Below, one piece after another: positions 57,935 to 64,000 of a stretch of 64,000 nt of DNA. The translations under genes and the position numbers were made by a program. The notes under the pieces are model-generated. The model made no database searches and was not told the DNA's origin. It saw only the letters and a program-made list of their open reading frames with translations. Position 1 is the stretch's first letter, and each line of letters starts with the position of its first letter. Origin of the DNA: Candidatus Omnitrophota bacterium (GTDB lineage Bacteria; Omnitrophota; Gorgyraeia; Zapsychrales; Fredricksoniimonadaceae); assembly GCA_015232565.1 (NCBI GenBank), contig JADFZK010000002.1, forward strand, positions 57 to 64,056. Reading direction: 5' to 3'.

Positions 57935-59355
57935 GCTCTTTACCCAAAGAACACCCCAAGGGTAGTATTAAGGAAATGGCAGTAATCGCTTTGCCCATGG
58001 TCGTGTCTTGCGGTTGTGACACGGTGATGATCTTTACCGATCGCCTTTTTCTTTCCAAACTGGGGCCGGAACAGATGAATGCGGCGATGGGCGGGGGGCT
58101 CACCGTATTTATGATGATGTCTTTCTTTATCGGGATCATCGGTTACGCCACTGCTCTGGTAGCCCAGTATCTGGGCGCTGGCCGCCGGGAAAAATGCGCA
58201 GTGGTCCTGGCGCAGGCTTTATTACTGGCCTTGCTCGCCTATGTGCCCATACTCTTTTGTCGTCCTTTGGCGCACGCACTTTTTTCTTTTATGGGGGTTT
58301 CAAGTGCGCAAATGACTCCCCAGAAACTATATTTTGATATTTTACTGCTGGGGACGATCATAAGCTTGGAGAGAGTTTGTCTGGCCTCATTCTTCTCCGG
58401 CATCGGCCGCACCGGCATTGTTATGACGGCTTCCTGCACGGCGATGTTCATTAATCTGGTTTTAAACTATATCCTGATCTACGGCAAATGCGGCTTTCCT
58501 GCTTTGGGTATCGCCGGTTCGGCTTATGGGACTATCCTGGGTGGTTTAAGCGGTTTGCTGGTGCTGGCGGGGGGCCTTTTTACTAAAAAGAATATCGTCG
58601 AGTTCGGCCTGAAGACCGCCTTTCGCTTCGATCGGGATGTAATGTCCCGGCTATTACGTTTCGGCACCCCTACCGGCCTGGAAATGTTTTTGAATATAAT
58701 GGCCTTTAATGCCATGGTACTGATCTTTCATTCGCGTGGTTTGGTAACCGCTACGGCCGCAACGATTGTTCTCAACTGGGATCTGGTTTCCTTTGTGCCT
58801 TTGATCGGGATCGAAGTAGGCGTCATAAGCCTGGTCGGGCGTTACATGGGTGCCGGAGATCCGGATAACGCTCATCGGGCGACTATGGCGGGTTTCAAGA
58901 TCGGGTTGATGTACTCCGCGGTCATTCTGGTCTTGTTTTTTTGTTTCCCGGCCTATCTGGTGAAGATCTTTCAACCGGCCGCTTCCGGTGAAGTTTTCGC
59001 GGCGGCCGCACCCCTGGCCATAGATATGGTCCGCCTGGCTTCTATATATGTACTGGTAGAAGCGATGTTCGTAGTTTTTATTGGCGCCTTACGTGGCGCG
59101 GGTGACACGTTTTGGGCGATGGCCATATCGGTGTCTTTGCACTGGATAATGGTGGGTATTCTTTTTGTATTACTGCGTGTTATGGGTGTTTCACCGCTGG
59201 TTGGTTGGTCGGCGGTGGTTTTCTTGTTCTTTGTTTTTTCTTTTATTGCTTTTTTCCGTTATCACTCCGGTAAGTGGCGTAAAATTAAAGTTGTCGATTG
59301 TCCATCGACGGTAATTTCTCCTGACGGATTGAATGAACCTCCGGCGTTAAGTTAA
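57931..59355 (+). CDS. MATE/MOP-superfamily transporter (efflux pump or flippase)
   Basis: 12-TM protein with 'ALPMVVS', 'GAGR' MATE-like motifs; ATGA overlap with the upstream gene. Confidence 0.65.
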   Translation: MSSLPKEHPKGSIKEMAVIALPMVVSCGCDTVMIFTDRLFLSKLGPEQMNAAMGGGLTVFMMMSFFIGIIGYATALVAQYLGAGRREKCAVVLAQALLLALLAYVPILFCRPLAHALFSFMGVSSAQMTPQKLYFDILLLGTIISLERVCLASFFSGIGRTGIVMTASCTAMFINLVLNYILIYGKCGFPALGIAGSAYGTILGGLSGLLVLAGGLFTKKNIVEFGLKTAFRFDRDVMSRLLRFGTPTGLEMFLNIMAFNAMVLIFHSRGLVTATAATIVLNWDLVSFVPLIGIEVGVISLVGRYMGAGDPDNAHRATMAGFKIGLMYSAVILVLFFCFPAYLVKIFQPAASGEVFAAAAPLAIDMVRLASIYVLVEAMFVVFIGALRGAGDTFWAMAISVSLHWIMVGILFVLLRVMGVSPLVGWSAVVFLFFVFSFIAFFRYHSGKWRKIKVVDCPSTVISPDGLNEPPALS

Positions 59356-59528
59356 GGTTTGTAAAAAAAGTTGCGGTTTCTTTAAAATCGCCCTTGTTTT
59401 TTTTAAAATTGCGTATATACTTAAGTTATCGATCGTACCACGCGAGAGCTTTTGGTGCGAATTGGGCCGAGCAGGCCCAAGACAACAACGGGCGATGAAG
59501 CCCGAAAAAGTTTCAAAGACAAAGGCGT

Positions 59529-59575
59529 CTTTAAGTCATCATAGCTGATGAGTTAAAGGCGCTTTATCTTTTTAA
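59529..59575 (+). terminator. Palindromic hairpin plus T-rich tract in the amtB leader (terminator, attenuator or operator)
   Basis: CTTTAAgTCATCATAGCTGATGAgTTAAAG near-perfect 30-bp palindrome (59529-59558), followed by GGCGCTTTATCTTTTT. Confidence 0.45.
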
Positions 59576-59656
59576 AGGATTATCTGGCAGCGCAGTCAGG
59601 GTTTGTGATAAAAGGACAAGCAGTTTCTGGCAGATCAACTTTTGAGAGGAGCTTAT

Positions 59657-60883
59657 ATGAACGCAGGAGATACAGCTTGGGTTATGGTATCAACAGCTTT
59701 GGTGATGTTAATGACACCCGGTTTGGCATTTTTTTATGGAGGGATGGTTAGAAGAAAGAACATTTTAAGCGTTTTAATGCAATGTTTCTTTATTTTGTGT
59801 CTGGTGAGTGTTCTTTGGGTAGTTTACGGTTACAGTCTGTCTTTTGCTCCGGGTACCGGATTCTGGGGCGGTTTTAGCTGGTCTATGTTAAATGGAGTAG
59901 GTCTTGAGCCGTATAACGATTATTCGGCCACCATACCACACCAGGTCTTTATGATCTTTCAGGCCATGTTCGCGGTTATCACGCCCGCTTTGATCATTGG
60001 CGCTTTCGCTGAACGGATGAAGTTCTCTTCATTTGTGGTGTTCATTACCTTGTGGCTTACCTTGGTTTATGCTCCGGTCTGTCACTGGGTATGGGCGGTG
60101 GGCGGGTTTCTGCGTACCATGGGTACTTTGGACTTTGCCGGCGGCACAGTCGTGCACATCAACGCCGGTATTGCCGCGCTGGTTACCGCTTTAATGATCG
60201 GACGCAGAAAGAATTCCGACAAGCACATTCCATCACCGCATAACCTGCCTTTTGTAGCATTAGGCACGGCCTTATTGTGGTTTGGCTGGTTTGGATTCAA
60301 TGCCGGCTCGGCTTTAGCGGCAAATGGTCTGGCGGCTAATGCTTTTGTAGTTACCAATACTGCCGCTGCGGCTGCTGGTTTAAGCTGGGCTTTGATCGAA
60401 TGGGTGCGTAATGGCAAACCAACGCTCTTCGGTATTGCGTCTGGCGCGGTAGCCGGACTGGTAGCTATTACCCCGGCCGCTGGTTTTGTGAATGTTAGCG
60501 GTGCTTTGGCGATCGGGTTTCTGGTAAGCGTGTTCTGTTACTTTGCAGCAGTAATCATCAAACCGGCTCTGGGTTACGATGATGCTCTGGACGCATTTGG
60601 TGTGCATTGCATTGGCGGCATCTGGGGTGCTTTAGCTACTGGATTGTTCGCCACCAAGCTGGTCAATTCTGCCGGCGCTGACGGTGCGTTCTATGGTAAT
60701 CCGGCCCAGTTTATGATCCAGTTAAAGGCCGTGACGATCACCGTGGTTTATTCAACCATTGTTACCGCCGTTCTTTTTAAAGTCGTGGATATGATCATGG
60801 GCATGAGGGTCTCGCCCAAGGAAGAAGAGTTGGGCCTGGACTTAACCCAGCATCATGAACGGGCTTATACTATCTTGGAATAA
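59657..60883 (+). CDS. amtB: Ammonium transporter
   Basis: 'DTAWVMVSTALVMLMTPGLAFFYGGMVR' Amt signature; GAGAGGAG RBS; start ATG at 59657. Confidence 0.9.
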   Translation: MNAGDTAWVMVSTALVMLMTPGLAFFYGGMVRRKNILSVLMQCFFILCLVSVLWVVYGYSLSFAPGTGFWGGFSWSMLNGVGLEPYNDYSATIPHQVFMIFQAMFAVITPALIIGAFAERMKFSSFVVFITLWLTLVYAPVCHWVWAVGGFLRTMGTLDFAGGTVVHINAGIAALVTALMIGRRKNSDKHIPSPHNLPFVALGTALLWFGWFGFNAGSALAANGLAANAFVVTNTAAAAAGLSWALIEWVRNGKPTLFGIASGAVAGLVAITPAAGFVNVSGALAIGFLVSVFCYFAAVIIKPALGYDDALDAFGVHCIGGIWGALATGLFATKLVNSAGADGAFYGNPAQFMIQLKAVTITVVYSTIVTAVLFKVVDMIMGMRVSPKEEELGLDLTQHHERAYTILE

Positions 60884-60909
60884 CGCAAATATAACTAGGA
60901 GAGCTGACC

Positions 60910-61251
60910 ATGAAAATGATAATCGCGATCATTCAGCCCAGCCGGCTGGATGATGTAAAAGAAGAGCTTTATAAAGCCGATGTTAACCTGATTACCGTTA
61001 GTGAAGTTTTGGGACACGGTCGTCAGAAAGGCGTTACCGAAGTATACCGTGGCGCTAAGGAGATGGGGAACCTGTTAAGGAAGGTCCGTATCGAGATAGC
61101 GGTAAATGAAAACTTTGTTGAAACCACGGTCAAGGCCATTATTAAAGGCGCCAAGACCGGTGAAACTGGTGACGGTAAGATCTTTATTTTACCGATGGAT
61201 CAATGTATACGTATCAGGACCGAGGAACGCGGCGGCATCGCCATCGGTTGA
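60910..61251 (+). CDS. glnK: Nitrogen regulatory protein P-II
   Basis: 'MKMIIAIIQP', T-loop 'RGAKEMG', 'DGKIFI'; immediately downstream of amtB. Confidence 0.9.
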   Translation: MKMIIAIIQPSRLDDVKEELYKADVNLITVSEVLGHGRQKGVTEVYRGAKEMGNLLRKVRIEIAVNENFVETTVKAIIKGAKTGETGDGKIFILPMDQCIRIRTEERGGIAIG

Positions 61252-61264
61252 TTTATGGAGTTAA

Positions 61265-61313
61265 ACACTTGCCCGGGGCCTGTTAAAAGCTCCGGGCAAG
61301 TGTAAATTTTCTT
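61265..61313 (+). terminator. Rho-independent terminator after glnK
   Basis: acacttgcccgg / ccgggcaagtgt 12-bp stem followed by TAAATTTTCTT. Confidence 0.7.
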
Positions 61314-61357
61314 CCTGTGAATTGACTTTCGAAACATCAGTGCTATAGTGAAATATC

Positions 61358-62122
61358 ATGTCTGCCGAAGCTTCTACTACCTCATCCGCCGCTGAATTCC
61401 CGCATATCGTGGGGCTGTTATCCGAATTGAACAGCGGTAACGCGTTTGGCCATTTCTTGCATCGCTGGGAGAGCGCCATTTATGCGTTGATCGTTATTCT
61501 TGTTTTGACGGTCGTGGCGCGTTTGGCAACTATGAAATGCGAATACGTGCCGGGCCGCCTGCAAAGCGGAGCCGAGTTCTTTGTTTCTTTTATTAACGAT
61601 TTTGTCTGCAGTATTCTTGGCTCACGCGGCCGGGAATTTACCCCGTTCATTGGCACGATCTTCATTTATATTTTGGCCATGAACTATATTGGCCTGATCC
61701 CGTTCTTTAAGTCACCGACTGCCGACTTGTCTACTACCCTGGGACTGGCGTTAATAGTTTTTTGCTATATTCAATATACCGGCTTTAAGGAATTAGGTTT
61801 TGCCGGCTATTTCGATCATTTGATGGGCCAGCCCCGTGGGGCCATGGCCATGACCATCATAATGCCGGTCTTTATGTTGCTTCTGCATATTGTCAGCGAA
61901 CTGGTACGCCCGATCAGTTTGTCTTTACGCTTGCGCAGTAATATTTACGGTGATGATGTGATCCTGGCCTTGTTCGCCAGCTGGGGACTAAAAGATGGTT
62001 TTTTGTGGTTGTTTCCAAACTTTCTGCTGGTCTTGTTGACCTCTACTATTCAGGCGGCAGTTTTCAGTATCCTTACACTGGTATATTTTTCCCTGGTCAT
62101 AAAACATGACCCGGCGCATTAA
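61358..62122 (+). CDS. atpB: F0F1 ATP synthase subunit a
   Basis: 'LSLRLRSNIYGDD' conserved Arg-containing helix; polytopic. Confidence 0.85.
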   Translation: MSAEASTTSSAAEFPHIVGLLSELNSGNAFGHFLHRWESAIYALIVILVLTVVARLATMKCEYVPGRLQSGAEFFVSFINDFVCSILGSRGREFTPFIGTIFIYILAMNYIGLIPFFKSPTADLSTTLGLALIVFCYIQYTGFKELGFAGYFDHLMGQPRGAMAMTIIMPVFMLLLHIVSELVRPISLSLRLRSNIYGDDVILALFASWGLKDGFLWLFPNFLLVLLTSTIQAAVFSILTLVYFSLVIKHDPAH

Positions 62123-62144
62123 TACAACAACACAGGAGGAATAA

Positions 62145-62378
62145 ATGGATTTTCACGCGGCTTTAGCTTTCAGTTTACCGATCGGTCTGGGTTTAACCGC
62201 TCTCGGCGTTGGCCTGGGCCTGGGTAATGCGGTTTCCAGCGCTTTGCAGTCTGTGGGCCGCCAGCCGGATGCTATCGGCAAGATCATGACCCTGATGTTG
62301 TTGGGCGCGGCGCTGATTGAAACTATCATTTTCTACGTATTGGCGTTCGTGGTGTTCCCGTTAGTCGGCAAGATCTGA
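62145..62378 (+). CDS. atpE: F0F1 ATP synthase subunit c
   Basis: 77-aa hairpin proteolipid 'GLGLGNAVSSALQSVGRQP...LIETIIFY'. Confidence 0.9.
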   Translation: MDFHAALAFSLPIGLGLTALGVGLGLGNAVSSALQSVGRQPDAIGKIMTLMLLGAALIETIIFYVLAFVVFPLVGKI

Positions 62379-62421
62379 TATTGATCCAGCAGTTTTTTAG
62401 TATCACACCTTTAAGGATGAT

Positions 62422-62937
62422 ATGGAAATATTAAAGTTATTGAACTTGCAAATGGTTATTGCCCAGATAGTTTGTTTCTTTCTGGTCTTCTTGCTTTTAA
62501 AGAAGTTCCTTTGGAAGCCGGTCTTTACCGTTCTGGAAGAGCGCCGCGGCACGGTCCAGGCTGAATTAAAAGCCGTCGAAGACGCCAAGCTCGAAGTGCT
62601 TAAGTTAAAGAATGATTACACGGCCTCTTTGGCCAGGATCGACGAGACCGCTAAAGAAAGAATGAAAGAAGTCGACCGCCTGTCGGAACTGCGGTCGCGC
62701 GAGTTAAAAGACAAAGCGCGGGCCGAAGCCGATCATATTATCGAAGATTCGCGCAAGGAGATCCGCTTTGAAATGAACAAGGCGCGCGAAGCTTTACGCG
62801 ATGATGTGGTAGGCATGGTAATGACGGTGACCGAGAAAATGATCATGGAAAAGCTTACCTTTGCGGAAGACAAAAAGATCATTGAAGAAATGCTAACCGA
62901 AATGGATAAGGCAGATGCGCGACCGGATCATCGTTAA
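62422..62937 (+). CDS. atpF: F0F1 ATP synthase subunit b
   Basis: N-terminal TM followed by a long charged coiled coil. Confidence 0.8.
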   Translation: MEILKLLNLQMVIAQIVCFFLVFLLLKKFLWKPVFTVLEERRGTVQAELKAVEDAKLEVLKLKNDYTASLARIDETAKERMKEVDRLSELRSRELKDKARAEADHIIEDSRKEIRFEMNKAREALRDDVVGMVMTVTEKMIMEKLTFAEDKKIIEEMLTEMDKADARPDHR

Positions 62938-63460
62938 ACGCTATGCCCAGGCCTATGTGGATTTTGCCAGCCCCAAGATCGGGGTGGAGCTTTGTGTAGA
63001 AGAAATGAAAAGCCTGCGCTGGCTTTTGCGGGAAGAAAAACAGTTTGTGCATTTTCTTATTGCCCCGGAAATTTCTCGTCCCGAGAAGGCCCGGGTATTG
63101 GATAATGTTCTTAAGGAAAACTATTCCGACGCAACGATAGTGTTCATTAACTATTTGATCGTCCGCCACAGGGTTTACCTGTTAACGGCTATTTGCGATC
63201 AGGTCAGGACCCAGTTCGCCCATGGGGATCTGGTAGACGTTACTTTAAGGACCACCTTTCCTTTGGAGCTCGAGATCATCGGGCGGGTTAAGGCCAAATT
63301 GGAAGAAGTCTTTGCGATCCATTCAAATCTTTATTTGGAACTCGATCCCGATCTGTTAGGCGGGGTTCAGGTGGTGGTAGGGAACAGGATAATCGACGGT
63401 TCAGTGCGTAACCGTCTCTTGCAGTTAAAGAAGCAATTGCTTAAAGCCCAGGTGATATAA
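62915..63460 (+). CDS. atpH: F0F1 ATP synthase subunit delta
   Basis: OSCP/delta family; '[10 protein letters not shown]' start; position between atpF and atpA. Confidence 0.75.
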   Translation: MRDRIIVKRYAQAYVDFASPKIGVELCVEEMKSLRWLLREEKQFVHFLIAPEISRPEKARVLDNVLKENYSDATIVFINYLIVRHRVYLLTAICDQVRTQFAHGDLVDVTLRTTFPLELEIIGRVKAKLEEVFAIHSNLYLELDPDLLGGVQVVVGNRIIDGSVRNRLLQLKKQLLKAQVI

Positions 63461-63471
63461 AATGAGCACAT

Positions 63472-64000
63472 TAAGACCCGAAGAGATCTCGTCGATCATT
63501 AAAAAAGAGTTGGAGAATTTCAAGACCAATCTGCGCACCGAATCTACCGGTTCGGTACTGCAGGTAGGCGATTCAATAGCGCGTATTTACGGCCTGGATG
63601 ATGTAATGGTGGGCGAGATCGTGGAATTCCCGCATGATGTTTTCGGGATGGCGATCAACCTGGAAGAAGACAGCGTGGGCGTAATTATTTTCGGTAAAGA
63701 TAACGCCGACCGTCTGATCAAAGAAGGGGATACTGTTAAACGTACCGGCAAGATAGTACAGATCCCGGTTGGCGAGGCGTTGAAAGGCCGGGTGGTCAAC
63801 GCGCTGGGCCATCCGATAGACGGTCGGGGCCCTATTGTTACCGATCGGTACCGGGCGGTGGAATTTAACGCTCCGGACGTAGTTTCCCGTCAGCCCATTA
63901 ACACGCCTTTACAAACCGGCATTAAGTCGGTGGATTCCATGATCCCTATCGGCCGAGGCCAGCGTGAGCTTATTATCGGTGACCGGCAGACCGGTAAAAC
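63472..64000 (+). CDS. atpA: F0F1 ATP synthase subunit alpha (5' partial, runs off the window)
   Basis: '[14 protein letters not shown]', '[17 protein letters not shown]', P-loop context '[13 protein letters not shown]'. Confidence 0.9.

Noticed and set aside
59583-59640. Sigma-54 (-24/-12) promoter for amtB suggested by TGGCAG boxes
   Set aside because: Neither TGGCAG box is followed by a GC dinucleotide (TTGCW) at the required 11-12 nt spacing. The second box lies inside the 5'UTR only 24 nt from the start codon.

Overview
This is a bacterial chromosomal window (about 50% GC, strong GGAGG-type ribosome-binding sites, many 4-nt ATGA/GTGA start-stop overlaps) that is almost entirely single-copy core metabolism. 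No rRNA, tRNA, CRISPR array, transposase, integrase or recognisable defence genes were seen. All homology calls are motif recognition by eye; no database search was run.

Gene content in order:
- A C-terminally short pyruvate kinase, then rsmD, coaD, a YceD/DUF177 protein and rpmF, followed by a partial fatty-acid cluster (plsX, fabH, fabD, with no fabG-acpP-fabF).
- A signalling triad (membrane GAF histidine kinase, stand-alone receiver, GAF plus HD-GYP phosphodiesterase) fused head-to-tail to a complete Bat-type MoxR / DUF58 / DUF4381 / VWA / VWA / TPR / BatD / TPR-SH3 operon.
- An inositol-monophosphatase-family protein, a YhcH-family protein, and lpxB on the opposite strand.
- A putative porin followed by pstSCAB-phoU and a PhoB/PhoR-like two-component pair, with a textbook Pho-box-like direct repeat in front of pstS.
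- nadA, metX, metW, an LhgO-like FAD oxidase, a strongly expressed-looking 55-aa zinc-ribbon gene, a DRTGG/BioD-like protein, icd and cydAB.
- A 13-kb siroheme-dependent (alternative, Ahb) heme biosynthesis cluster with the system II cytochrome c biogenesis genes embedded in it: hemA, ccsB, ccsA, sirC, hemC, cobA/hemD, ahbC, hemB, ahbD, ahbA, ahbB, hemL.
- A GlgE maltosyltransferase convergent with a GlgM-like GT4 enzyme.
- A small envelope or glycan locus: secreted HExxH protein, TPR protein, YfhO-like polytopic membrane protein, GHL10-like hydrolase, MATE/MOP transporter.
- amtB-glnK and the start of an F1Fo ATP synthase operon (atpB, E, F, H, and partial atpA).

The most unusual sequence-level signal is a roughly 130-nt highly structured intergenic element present twice (about 2808-2938 and 33041-33173, roughly 92% identical). 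It sits in the same orientation in front of plsX and icd, has pseudoknot-capable complementary blocks and a conserved 3' hairpin with a variable loop, and is a candidate repeated ncRNA or REP/MITE-like element. Other items worth a second look: the truncated pyruvate kinase, the 95-nt yceD/rpmF overlap, two small Cys-rich ORFs missed by the 60-aa ORF cutoff, Pho-box-like repeats, and a long amtB leader carrying a 30-bp palindromic hairpin followed by a T-rich tract.
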